The notes under the pieces were generated by a model. The model was not told where the DNA came from. It saw only the letters and a program-made list of their open reading frames with translations, and did no database searches. Below, piece by piece: positions 11,781 through 24,315 of a DNA stretch of 64,000 nt (position 1 is the stretch's first letter; each line of letters opens with the position of its first letter). The DNA lies in contig NC_086126.1 of NCBI RefSeq assembly GCF_963921235.1, forward strand, positions 16,120,001 to 16,184,000, in the 5' to 3' direction. The stretch comes from Mobula hypostoma. Its lineage: Eukaryota. The position numbers and the translations under genes are program-made.

Positions 11781-12561
11781 GGATGGATATGCCTTTTTCC
11801 CAAGAGTAGAGCAATCTAAAGTCAGACAGCATAAATGTAGGTTAAACGTTAGAAGGGAAATATCTAAAGGATCAATACTCATCTTTATTTGCTATAGATA
11901 TCCACATTCATAAGGAATCGACAATGGTATGTTGACATGACATGAGACAAAAAGCAACATTCAACAATTCTGCAGAACAAAGAACTGTAAAAAAAAAGTT
12001 AGTTTCAATTTCTGATAAAGAAAATTATGCATAGATAAATAAACACCAGCAAATATTTACACTATAAACAACATTGCAAATGGATAGAGGAAGGAGAGTT
12101 GATGTTATCCTGCTGCTTGTACGTGGGAGGGGAGCGGGGTTGGGGTGCTAACGTTTTCTGCAATTTGTTCTTCAGGGTTTAGGGTTTTCCTACTTCGTAA
12201 TGTCTCTGGAGAGTGAAATATTCAGATTATCTAATGAATGAATTTTCGAGTGTTAAGTGGAACCTTTGATTACAGTATTGAATAAAAGGTAGTTAAAATG
12301 TTTACAATGCAGTGCAGTGACTGGGGTAAGAGATGCGAGCATTGAGTTTAAAGAGGCTGGATTTCCATGACGAACTGTCTCTGCAGACCTTGGACACACT
12401 TTAAAGGACCCTGCAAATCAGGTTCTCAGTGATATTTACTTGTTGTTTGTTTGTTTGTTCCTCTCAATTTCTGTCTTATTTTGCACATTAAGTGTTTGGT
12501 CGCCGTGATTTGTGTATAGTTTCTCGTTGATACTATTAATGTTAGTATAATAATATGTTAA

Positions 12562-14545
12562 TATAGAAGCATAGAAACATTGAAAACTTACAGCACCATA
12601 CAGGCCCTCCGACACACAGAGCTGTGAGGAACATGTACCCACATTACACCTACACTTGCTTCACCCGTAGCCGTCTACTTTTCAAAGTTCCATGTAGCCA
12701 TCCAGGTGTCTCTTAAGAAACCCTATCGTTTCCGCTTCCACCGCCACCACCAGCAGCCCATTCCGCGCACTCACCACACTGGGCGTAAAAAAAAACAAAC
12801 TCCCGCAGACATCTCCTCTGTACCTACTTCCAAGCACCTTGAAACTATGCCCTCTCATGCTAGCCATTTCAGCTCTGGGGTAAAGCCTCTGACTATCCAC
12901 AGGACCAATGCCTCTGATTATCCTGAACACCTCCATCAGGTCACCTGTCACCCTCCGTCGCTCCAAGGAGAAAAGCGCGAGTTCACTAAACCTATTCTCA
13001 TAAAGCATGCTCCTCAATACAGTCAACGTCATTGCAAATCTCCTCTGTACCCTTTATATGATTTCCACGTCTTTCCTGTAGTGAGACATCCAGAACTGAG
13101 CACAGTACTCCAAGTGGAGTCTGACCAGCTTCCTATATAGCTGCAACATTACCTCTCGGCTCTTAAAGTCAAACTCACGATTGATGAAGTCCAATAAACA
13201 CTAAGCCTTCTTAACCACAGAGATAACCTTTGTAACAGCTTTGAGTGTCCTCTGGACTCGGAGCCCAGGTTCCCTATTATCCTCCACAAAGCCAAGAGTC
13301 TTATCATTAATGCTATATTCCTCCATTATATTTGAACTACCAAAATGAACCACCCCACCCTTATCTGGGTTAAGTTCCATCGGCCACTTCTCAGCCCAGT
13401 TTTAATTCCTAGCAATGTCCCACTGTAACCTCTGACAGCCCTCCACACTACCCACCACACCTGCAACCTTCGTGTCATCAGCAAATCTAACTAGCCCATT
13501 CCTCAATTTCCTCATCGAGGTCATTTATAAAATCAGAAAGAGTAGGGGTCCCAGAACATATCTGAGGCACACCACTGGTCACCAACCTCCATGCAGCATA
13601 TGAACCGTCTACAACCACTGTTTGCCTTCTGTTGGCAAGCCAGTTCTGGATCCACAAAGCAATGTCCCTTTGGATTCCATGCCTCCCTACTTTCTCAATA
13701 AGCCTTGCATGGGGTGTTTTATGAAATGCCTTGCTGAAATCCATATAAGCTACATCCATGGAGCTACCTTCATCAATGTGTTTAGTCACATTCTCAAAAA
13801 ATTCAATCAGGCACATAAGGCACGATGTGCCTTTCACAAAGCCACGCTGACTATTCCTAATCATATTATGCCTCTCCAAATGTTCATAAATTCTGTCTTT
13901 CTGGATCTTTTCCATCAGCTTAATTAAGATTCACTGGTTAATTTCCTGGGCTATCTCTATTCCCTTGGCTGAATCAGGGAACAACATCCCCAACCCTCCA
14001 ATCCTCCGGAACCTCTCACCTTCTCATTGACGATGCAAAGATCTTCGCCAGAGGCTCAGCAATCTCCCCCATCGCTTCCCACAGTAGCCTGGGGTACATA
14101 GCGTCCGGTCCCAGTGACTTCTCCAGCTTGATGCCTTCCAAAAGCTCCAACACATCCTCGTCCTTAATATATGTATGATTAAGCTTTTTCAGTCCTCTGC
14201 ACGTCATCCGTACATTCGCCAATATCTTTTCCGTAGTTAATACTGAAGCAAAGTATTCATTAATTAGCTCTTCTATCTTCTCCGGTTCCATACACATTTC
14301 CACTGTCCAATGTGATTGGTGCTATCTTTTGACGTCTTATCCTCTTGCTCTTCACATATTTGTAGAATGCCTTAAGATTTTCTTTTAACCTGTTCACCAA
14401 GGCCTTCTCGCGACCCCTTCTGGGTCTCCTTATTTCATTATTAAGCTCATTCCTGTTAGTTTATAATCTTCTAGATCTCTATCATTATCCAGATTTTTGA
14501 AGCTTCCAAAAGCCCGTCCTTTCTTCTTGTCCAGATTTACAACTT
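12562..14545 (-). mobile_element. Degenerate CR1 LINE, 3' half with tail
   Basis: Tail atagaagcatagaaac at 12562; ORFs 12682-13032, 13487-13915 (SQRGFVKGTSCL...YMDFSKAFHK...GVPQ) and 14016-14303 (KSLGPDAMYPRLL). Confidence 0.92.
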
Positions 14546-16299
14546 GATGCTTTCCAAAAGCTCCAGTACATCCCTAATATCTATATGCTCAAGCTTTTTA
14601 GTCGCCTGCAAGTCGTCCCTACAATCGCCAAGATCCTTTTCCGTAGTGAATACTGAAGACTTACCCTATTGCAGTTCACATTCTTGTAGATAGCCTTGGG
14701 GTTTTCCTTCATCCTGTCCGCCAAGGCCTTCGCATGGCACCTTCTGGCTCTCCTAATTTTATTCTTAAGCTCCTTCCTGCCAGCCTTATAGAAACATAGA
14801 AAATAGGTGCAGGAGTAGGCCATTCGGCCCTTCGAGCCTGCACCGCCATTTATTATGATCATGGCTGATCATCCAACTCAGAACCCAGCCTTCCCTCCAT
14901 ACCCCCTGACCCCTGTAGCCACAAGGGCCATATCTAACTTCCTTTTAAACATAGCTAATGAACTGGCCTCAACAGTTTGCTGTGGCAGAGAATTCCACAG
15001 ATTCACCACTCTCTGTGTGAAGAAGTTTTTCCTAACCTCGGTCCTAAAAGGCTTCCCCTCTATCCTCAAACTGTGACCCCTCGTTCTAGACCTCCCCAAC
15101 ATCGGGAACAATCTTCCTGCATCTAGCCTGTCCAATCCCTTTAGGATCTTATACGTTTCAATCAGATCCCCCCTCAATCTTCTAAATTCCAACGAGTACA
15201 AGCCCAGTTCATCCAGTCTTTCTTCATATGAAAGACCTGCCATCCCAGGAATCAATCTGGTGAACCTTCTTTGTACTCCCTCTATGGCAAAGATGTCTTT
15301 CCTCAGATTAGGGGACCAAAACTGCACACAATACTCCAGGTGTGGTCTCACCAAGGCCTTGTACAACTGCAGTAGTACCTCCCTGCTCCTGTACTCGAAT
15401 CCTCTCGCTATAAATGCCAGCATACCGTTCGCCTTTTTCACCGCCTGCTGTACCTGCATGCCCACTTTCAATGACTGGTGTATAATGACACCCAGGTCTC
15501 GTTGCACCTCCCCTTTTCCTAATCGGCCACCATTCAGATAATAATCTGTTTTCCTATTTTTGCCACCAAAGTGGATAACTTCACATTTATCCACATTAAA
15601 TTGCATCTGCCATGAGTTTGCCCACTCACCCAACCTATCCAAGTCACCCTGCATCCTCTTAGCATCCTCCTCACTGCTAACACTGCCACCCAGCTTCGTG
15701 TCATCCGCAAACTTGGAGATGCTGCATTTAATTCCCTCATCCAAGTCATTAATATATATTGTAAACAACTGGGGTCCCAGCACTGAGCCTTGCGGTACCC
15801 CACTAGTCACCGCCTGCCATTCTGAAAAGGTCCCGTTTATTCCCACTCTTTGCTTCCTGTCTGCTAACCAATTCTCCACCCACACCAATACCTTACCCCC
15901 AATACCGTGTGCTTTAAGTTTGCACACTAATCTCCTATGTGGGTCTTCTAGTCTTCTAGATTCATATCATTACCTAATTTTTTTGAACTGTTCGTAAGCT
16001 CTTCTTTTCTTCTTGACTAGATTTACAACCACCTTTGTACACGACGGTTCCTGTACCCTACCATCATTTCCTTATCTCATTGGAACGTACAATGCAGAAC
16101 CGCACGCAAATATCCCCTAAACATTTGCTACATATCTTCCCTACGTTTCCCTGAGAACATCTGTTTCCAGTTTATGCTTCCCTACCTTATCTGTTCATAA
16201 CCCTCTTCAAAGCTAAGGTAAAGGGGATAGAGTTGTGATGAGTTCCACTGAACGATATGGCACATGACCAGGTTCATTTCCCAATACCAGATCAAGTAC
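14546..16299 (-). mobile_element. Second CR1 segment (linker/endonuclease end), split by a younger CR1 and cut at its right end by a Gypsy LTR
   Basis: 14546-14788 repeats sequence already seen at about 14125-14460. The host sequence resumes at 15943 (tcttctag) and runs to gatcaagtac at 16299. Confidence 0.75.
14789..15942 (-). mobile_element. Young 5'-truncated CR1 copy with uninterrupted RT C-terminal ORF (14878-15927, 349 aa)
   Basis: GVPQGSVLGPQLF, KFADDTKL, RPHLEYCVQFWSP with no stops; 3' tail atagaaacatagaaaatagg. Same family as 38960-42237. Confidence 0.95.
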
Positions 16300-16673
16300 T
16301 GTTGCAAGGACGAGGCTGAGAACGAACCCAAGTGCACCCAGGAGCACGGAGGTAAATTCATGAGGCGTTAGCACCGCCGCGAACGGGGAACCGGTATCCA
16401 GGACAGTCTTTTCACGGATACCAGGTTTACATAGAGCATCCAGGAAATGATGAGGAGATTAGAACTGACAGTCCCATGAAATCAGAAAACGAGGTTTACT
16501 CACACTAGAGTCGACCAACGAACTGGCAAAGCATGGCTGTGCCACCCGCGTTTTATCCAATGTTCGTTAATGTGCTGCAATTTGTGGAACTCGGAATGAT
16601 TGGAAATCAGACGAGGGGATGAAGGCCTATTTAAGGATGTAATAGCAAGATGGGAAATTGCCAGACCATGACA
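16300..16673 (-). repeat. Gypsy 3' LTR (374 bp) with adjacent polypurine tract at about 16678-16698
   Basis: Minus strand TGTCATGGTCTGG...TTGCAACA termini; G-rich PPT immediately upstream; AGTAAA poly(A)-like signal near 16495-16500. Confidence 0.8.
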
Positions 16674-19600
16674 ATACAACCCCCCCTCCACCGCCCCCAC
16701 CACAACAGGATCCTCCAGGGTTGTCCGGATGGTCCCGATAGAAGTCTTGGATGAGTGAGTGGACCAGGAAGTAGGAGCAGGGAACGCAGGAACGCTCCTC
16801 TGGGCCGTACCCTTCACAGTCGACCAGGTATTGGAGGACCCTGCCCCGACGGCGCACATCTGGTAGCCGCCGGATGGTGTATGCCGGGTGGTTGTTGATG
16901 AGCCGGGCGGCTGGAGGGGTTTCGGTCGGAGGACACAAGGGGCTGAAGGAAAGTGGTTTAAATTGGGAAAGATGAAAAGTAGGGTGGATGTGCATAGATC
17001 TTGGCAGTTTAAGTCGGACTGCTGTGGGGTTGATGATACTTTCGACCTTGAAAGTTCCCAGGAAGCGAGGGGCGAGTTTCTTAGGCTTGTCTTTGCGAGG
17101 GATGTCAAACCATCTGCGCAAGTCGATACTCAGGCGAAGCAGTCCATTGTCGATTGGCAATTCTCCTATTGCGATAGGCTGATCTGAGCAGGGCCGTGCG
17201 TGAGACCTCCCAAAACTTGCGGCACCGATGGATATGGGCCTGAACAGACGGCACTGAAATATCCTCTTTTTGCGCGGGGAACAGCGGAGGTTGGTACCCA
17301 AGGGAGCGCTCGAATGGAGGCATTCCGATGGTAGTACGAACCAGAGAGTTGTGTGCGTACTCAAGCCACGCGAGATGGTCACTCGAAGTAGCCGGATTGT
17401 TGCTTGTAATACAACGTGGCATCGCCTTCAAGTCCTGGTTGACCTGATCCGTTTGCCGGTTCGTCTGTGGGTGAAAGCCGGGTGACAGGCTAACGGAGGC
17501 ACACCAGGGTTGACAGAAGGCCTTCCATACCTGCGAGATGAATCGGGGACCTCGATCGGAGACGTTGAGGCGGAAGTCGTGGCGGACGAGAAGGCCTGCG
17601 GTTTCTTGAGCAGAAGGGTGTTTCGGGAAGGCTACAAAGTGCACCGTGTTGGAGAACCGGTCTACCACAGTGAGTACGTTAGTATTTCTGTGTGAAGGGG
17701 GTGGACCGGTGACAAAATCGAGGGCAATGTGCGACTAAGGACAACAAGGGACAGGTAGGGGACGAAAGAAACACGCAGGTGGCCGATGGGAGGCTTTTCC
17801 ACGGGCACAGATGGAACATGCAGAGACACAGGAACGGGTATCCGCTTCCATGGAAGGACACCAAAGTTTTTTTTTCAGGAGAGCCAGGGTTCAATCACTC
17901 CCGGGGTGGCAGGCGAAGCGAGATGTGTGCCCCCACCGAAGAAACTGAAGTCTGACGGAATCAGGCGCAAAAAGGCGATCGGCTGGTCCATTGCCGGGGT
18001 CAGGGTCATCCCGTTGGGCTTCCTTTGCTATGGACTGAATCTCCTCAGTGAAGGTTGCCACCACACAGGATAGTGGGAGGATAGTCTCTGGGCAGGAAAT
18101 GTCCTCCTTGGAGTTATATTGGCGGGCGAGTGCGTCCGTCTTCCGATTCTTGGACCCTGTACGGCATGTAACGTTAAACTTGAACCGTCCAAAAAGTAAT
18201 GCCCAACGGATATGGCGGAAGTTCAAACGTTTGGCAGTCTGCATATATCCCAGGATCTTATGATCAGTCCAAACAATAAACGGGTGTTCCGTCCCTTCCA
18301 ACCACTGCCTCCACTCCTCCACTGCTAGCTCGACCGCCAGTAGTTCCCGGTTCCCCACGTCGTAATTGCGCTCGGCAGGGGACAGTCGGCGAGAAAAGAA
18401 GGGACAGGATTGCTCCTATCCCAGATTCGGAGGCGTCAACCTCAACAATGAAATGAGGTCAGGGGTCCGGTGGACCAGGATGCGAGCGGTTGTGAACCGC
18501 CTCTTCAGGTCAGTGTATGCCGAATCAGCCTCGGAATCCCAATAAAATGGTGCGGTAGACGAGTTAAGCCGGGTGAAGGGCGCCGCCACCCTTCTGTAAT
18601 ACCTGATAAATCGGCGAGAAAAGTTTGCAAACCCCAAAGGCCGCTGAAGTTGCTTGCGTCTGATGGGTCTGGGCTACTCTTCCACCGCTCGGATCTTCTC
18701 GGGATCTGCACTCACCTGCCCGCTCTCGATGATGTATCCCAGGAATCTGACCAAAAGGACGTGGAACTCACATTTCTCCGCCTTCACAAATAAGTTGTTC
18801 TCCCACAGTCCCTGGAGGATTAGACGGACATGCTGAATGTGTTTCTGGGGGCTGCTAGAATATATTATGATATCATCTAGGTAGACGAACACGAAACGAT
18901 TAATGAAGACCCCTCATTACATCATAGATTGGGGCTTGAAAAACGGCGGGTGCATTGGTGTGGCCAAACGTCATGACCAAGTATTCGAGGTGGCCCAAAC
19001 GTGTATTGAAGGCCGTCTTCCACTCGTCTCCCTCTCTCATACTGACCAGGTAGTAGGCGCTCCATATGTCCATCTTCGAGAGGATGGTGTCTCCGTGAAG
19101 TGGTGGAAATGCCGAGACATTGAGGGGTCGTGGGTACTTATTTTAACCGTTATGTTTTTTAGACCTCGGTAATCAGTACAGGGACGAAAAGACCCAACCT
19201 TCTTATTTACAAAGAAGAACCCGGCGACCACCGGGGAGGATGAAGGTCGAATAATGCCCGCGGAAGAGTCTCACTAGCCACTGTATTTCTCCATGGCCAC
19301 TCTCTGCGGTCCGGATAAATTACAAAGACGACTGGTGGGTAACGAGGCCCCGGGGAGACGGTCGATAGCGCAATCATACGGGCGGTACGGAGGCAGTGAG
19401 AGAACCCGTTGTTTGCTGAATACCTGTCCCAGGTCATGGTATTCTGCGGGGACTCCGGACAAGTCGAGAGGTTCCAATACGGGCGGGGTCCCGATAGCCT
19501 CCCTAGGGGATGGAGCCGACCGCAGACAGGTGGTTTGGCTAAACGGGCTATTCTCCCGGTAGACCAGTCGAGGTAGAGGTTGTGGTGGTTCAACCAGGGA

Positions 19601-19830
19601 TATTCTAGGACTACATGGCCTTGTGGAGAATGGATAGATTAAATCGTACGTTCTCTCGATGGCTTCCGGGCAGAGTCAAGGTCAGGAGGGCGTACAGTGG
19701 GTAACCTGAGCCAGCAGTTTTCCGTCCAGCGCCCGGGCCTCCAGACGGGTATTTAACGGCTCCCGAGGTAATCAGGCTTACGAAGCTATGTGCTCGTCCA
19801 GCACATTTCCCTCAATACTGGAATACAGGA
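16300..19830 (-). mobile_element. Decayed Ty3/Gypsy chromovirus-type LTR retrotransposon (protease remnant-RT-RNase H-integrase-chromodomain-3' LTR); gag and 5' LTR absent
   Basis: [11 protein letters not shown] (RT), [19 protein letters not shown] (RNase H), VSDRGPRFISQVW/GFHPQTN (integrase), [12 protein letters not shown] (GPY/F), [16 protein letters not shown] (chromodomain). Confidence 0.93.
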
Positions 19831-19834
19831 AGCT

Positions 19835-21410
19835 GTAACTCCACGCTTAAATATTGTATTGGAGCGATAGGAAGGTAGCCAGAGGGGCGGAGTTGCTCTG
19901 CTGGTAAGGAATGATATCAAATAGTTCGAAGGATATGATATAGGATTGGAAAATATTGAATCATTGCGGGTTGAGTTACTAAGGTAAAAAATAAACCCTT
20001 ATAGGAGTTATATACAGACCTGCAAACAGTAGCTGGGGTGTGGACTGCATATTACTAAGGGAAATATTAAAAGAGTATCAAAAGGACAGTGTCATGATCG
20101 TCAGTGGAGATTTTAACAGGCAGGTAGATGAAGAAAATCAGGTTGGTAATGCATCTAGGAGACTGAACTTATTGAATTCCTATAAGATAGTTGTACATTA
20201 GTTTGCAATGAGATAATTAGGGTATCAGCGATACCAAATTGTAAATTACACAATGGATCGGAGGCTATTGGGGAGAACAGATAAAGGAACCCTGAGGAGG
20301 CAGTGATCACGTTATGATTGAGGTGAACATGAAATGTAACAGATTGAAACTAACGTCTGACGTTGCAGCGTTGCAGTGCTGTAGAAAAAAATACAGATAG
20401 GAATTGTCAAAAGTAAATTGGAAGGATATGCTGGCAGGGGTGATATTTGTGCAGAAATGGAATGGGTTTCTCGGAAAAATGAGGAAGATGCAGGATAAAT
20501 AAGGCCCAAAGACGAAGAAATATTCAGATAGCAAAATAGTACAACCGGAGAGACAAGGGAATTCAAAGCGAAATTAAAAGTAAAAGAGATGGCATACAAC
20601 AAAACAAACGGAAGATGGAGGATTTGAAAGCTTGTAGAATATTACGGAGTGCTTCTAAAATACTGATTAGGAGGGTAAAGATGAAATATAATGCAAGCTA
20701 GCTAGCAATATCAAAGTTGGTAGAAAAGGCCACGGCGAGAAATGAACGGAAGACGAGAGTGGATAACGGACCGCTGGAAAGTGACATCATAGAAACAAAA
20801 AAAGGAGATGGCTGATGAACTACATAAGTATTTTACATCAGTCCGCACTTTGGAAGAATTGAGGGAAGAGAAGTGAGTGCAGCTAGTATTACAAACGAGA
20901 AGCTGCTCAAAAAGTTCAAGACCTAAAGGTACTTAAGTCAGCCCCACCAGATGAACTACATGCTAGAGATTGTGGAGACATTAGAAATTATCTTTCAAGA
21001 ATTAGTGGACTATGACTTGGTTCCGGAAAATTGCAAATGTCACTCCACTCTTTAAGAAACGGGCGATTCAGCATAATGAAAGTTATAGATAAGTTAGTCT
21101 GAACTCAGTGGTTGGCAAGAGTCAATCGTTCAGGATGAGGTTCTGGTGTACTTGCGGACACTGGACAAGATAGGATAGAACAAGCACAGTTTCCTTACGA
21201 GAACATCTTGTCTGACGAACCTGTTGAAATTATTGGAGAACATTACAGGTAGGATAGATAATGGGAATACAATGGATGTTGTATACTTAGATTTCAGAAA
21301 GCCTTTGACTGGAGGGTGGCAAGGCTCGAGCATTGGTTGATCGGTAGGAGGCAGCGAGTAGGAATAACAATATCATTTTTTGGTTGGCTACCAGTGTCTG
21401 GTGGTGACCA
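19835..21410 (+). mobile_element. Degenerate CR1 (endonuclease to RT)
   Basis: DRKVARG..VALLVRND, GDFN, SDHVMIE, KIANVTPLFKK and DVVYLDFRKAFD remnants. Confidence 0.8.
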
Positions 21411-21434
21411 GTGCAAAATCCTGTTTATTACAGA

Positions 21435-21940
21435 TGGAGCGAAGGAGCGGTTCTCCAAACTATGTCGCGTCTCACCGATGTAGATATGGCCGCACCGGGA
21501 CTATCTAAAACAACGGATGACCCCGGCAGATTCTCGGATGAAGTGTTTTCTCACCTGGAATAACTGCTTGTGGGCCTGAGAGAGAACGTGAATGGGAAGG
21601 TGTAGTACTTCGACCACTTTCAGGGATTTTTGCCAGGAGAGAAATCGGTGGGCATGGACGAATTAACAAAGGAATCACGAGCGTTCCCTGCAGAAAGCGG
21701 AGAGCGGTCTGCGGAGGAGACAGTGAAGATGCAATTGCAGTTGGATCCTGTTGAAGACGACGGAACTTATGGAGAATGACGTGCTAGATATGGATGCTCA
21801 TGGACTGTTGGTGAGGTGGTAAAAACAAGAGGAAATTTATCTCTGTTAAGGATGAGGAAGGGTGTGTTTAGTGCATATGGCCGTGAAATTGAGGAGAAGT
21901 GAATGAGTGCACCGCCAATGATAACGGAAGAGTAAACGCA
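21435..21940 (-). mobile_element. Penelope-like GIY-YIG endonuclease fragment
   Basis: Minus-strand translation FQVRKHF...SRCGHIYIGETR near 21470-21560. Confidence 0.65.
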
Positions 21941-22578
21941 TTCTTTGAAGTAGAATCCGGAGAGAGGTTGGAATCAACAGCACACTTCCCTTGGTCCATG
22001 ACCGTCAAGTCGTTCCCTGCATATTTACTTAGACAATAAATCCTGTTGATCAATGGTCTTTTCATTAACAGCCAATAAGAGCAGAATGGGGGACTGTCCT
22101 GCGGCTAATGTTTTACGCAAGGAGTGAACGAATCGAAAAGGAAACCCAGAAAGTATCCGTTTTGGAGGAGGAAGGGGTGTCTAGTAAGCGTCGATTTCAG
22201 TTAACAAATAAACCTCTGAGTGATCCGGTAACATCCACTGTACCCGGACATCATATTAACAGGTCGCCATTTCGCATTGGTTTCTGGTGCGAAATGCAAG
22301 TAGTATTCCAGCCAGTCACGGCAGCTGCTCAGTTTATGCTGTCTTCCTTGGTGCATAAAACAAAAGAGAGTTACAGAGGTAGATCACTCACCTGGATCAC
22401 ATACTGTACAACCCAGGGCTCTGAAAGGTGTGGATGAAGAGATAGCGGAGGCATAAGTAATTCTCTATAAAGGGTAACTAGATTCTGCAATGATTCCGGG
22501 AGACTGGAAAATTACACATGTCATTCCAGTTTCACGAAGAAAGATGTGCAGAAAAAAAAGAAAGGAAACTATAGGCCA

Positions 22579-23215
22579 ACAAACAACAGGAATTCTGCAG
22601 ATGCTGGAAATTCAAGCAACATACATCAAAGTTGCTGGTGAACGCAGCAGGCCAAGTAGCATCTGTAGGAAGAGGTGCAGTCGACGTTTCAGGCCGAGAC
22701 CCTTCGTCAGGACTAACTGAAGGAAGAGTGAGTAAGGGATTTGAAAGTTGGAGGGGGAGGGGGAGATCCAAAATGATAGGAGAAGACAGGAGGGGGAGGG
22801 ACAGAGCCGAGAGCTGGACAGGTGATAGGTAAAAGGGGATACGAGAGGAACATGGGACAGGAGGTCCGGGAAGAAAGACGGGGGGGGTGGGGCGGGGGTG
22901 ACCCAGAGAATGGGCAAGAGGTATATTCAGAGAGACAGAGGGAGAAAAATGAGAGTGAGAGAAAGAATGTGTGCATAAAAATGAGTAACAGATGGGGTAC
23001 GAGGGGGAGGTGGGGCCTTAGCGGAAGTTAGAGAAGTCGATGTTCATGTCATCAGGTTGGAGGCTACCCAGACGGAATATAAGGTGTTGTTCCTCCAACC
23101 TGAGTGTGGCTTCATCTTTACAGTAGAGGAGGCCGTGGATAGACATGTCAGAATGGGAATGGGATGTGGAATTAAAATGTGTGACCACTGGGAGATCCTG
23201 CTTTCTCTGACGGAC
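22579..23215 (-). mobile_element. Penelope-like element 3' end with 12-bp target-site duplication
   Basis: Flanked by aactataggcca at 22567-22578 and 23216-23227; contains EEQHLIFRLGSLQPD on the minus strand and the pLTR. Confidence 0.88.
22679..22714 (-). ncRNA. Minimal type I hammerhead ribozyme motif (intact; identical to 4127-4162)
   Basis: AGTC-CTGACGA-AGGGTCTCGGCCT-GAAAC-GTC-GACT. Confidence 0.7.
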
Positions 23216-24315
23216 AACTATAGGCCAGGTAGTCGAAGCTCAGTGGTTGAGGGGAATAAACAAACATTTGATAGTTCAGGGGCTCTATTCACTGGAATTC
23301 AGAGAATGAGGGGTGACCTGATTGAAACCTATCGAATGGTGAAAATCCTTGATAGAGTGAATGTGGAGCGAATGTTTCCTATGGTGGTAAAGTTTATAAT
23401 CAGAGAAGAAGGCTTCAGAATAGAGGTGTTTCCTTTCAGAATGGAACTGAGGAGGAATATCTTTAGTAAAAGAGTGGCGAATCTGTGGAATGCTTTGCTG
23501 AAAGGGTGTCCACATGTATGTTTAAAGCAGAGGTTGATGGATTCTTCATTGGTAAGGGCAGGAATGATACGATGAGAAGTTAGTAGATTTTGGCAGCAAG
23601 ATAACCCGAGCAGACATGATGAAAGGGCGTAGTAACCTCGATGGACAAGATAGCCATGTTCTGCTCCTTCATCTTGCGGTTTTATGGTCTTATGGATCCG
23701 TTCAGAAGAAAATTTTTCTAGCGTTTATTAACAAAACATAGCAAGACTAGAGGATGTCGATTAATCTATTTCAAAGTCGTAACAATGCCTGAGCAATGAC
23801 CAATTCCCCAGGTAATCACCTCACATTCATGACTGGTAAGTGCAAAGGAACGCCCACTACTTATCTATTCTCGACCATTCTGGTACAGATATATTATGAT
23901 AAGGGACATGTTGATGTAATTCTTTCTACAATTATTATATTTACTTTATCGTCAGATGCTGACATTCAGTGATAATAAAACGAAACAAAAATCGTATAAA
24001 CAAAAATGTCAATGTTTGGATTACATAAGGATTTATTTTTAGGTATTGCGTATGTATTCAATAACATGCAGAGATTTTGTCAACATTGCAATTGCTGAAC
24101 GAATCAGATTAATTCCTGTTCAAATGCTTGCAATCAGCCATAGTTGTCGGGAATTCATGATATCCCAGTCAAGAATCCATCCGTGAAGACAATAATAACC
24201 ATATCCACTGATCGGTTGTATATTCAGACCCGAAATTGCGGTCGCTTGCAGCTCAAATCCAATACTCTTCAAATAATAGTTGTGAAATTTGAAGAAGGAA
24301 TGATGTTTTTGCATT

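Larger units (their letters stand above)
22370..23700 (+). mobile_element. CR1 fragments (RT and 3' end) hosting a Penelope insertion
   Basis: IPGDWKITHVIPV...NYRP, then RMRGDLIETY...RVANLWNAL. Confidence 0.75.

Noticed and set aside
15260-15997. Plus-strand ORFs repeated at 39435-40142
   Set aside because: Antisense frames of two copies of the same CR1 RT
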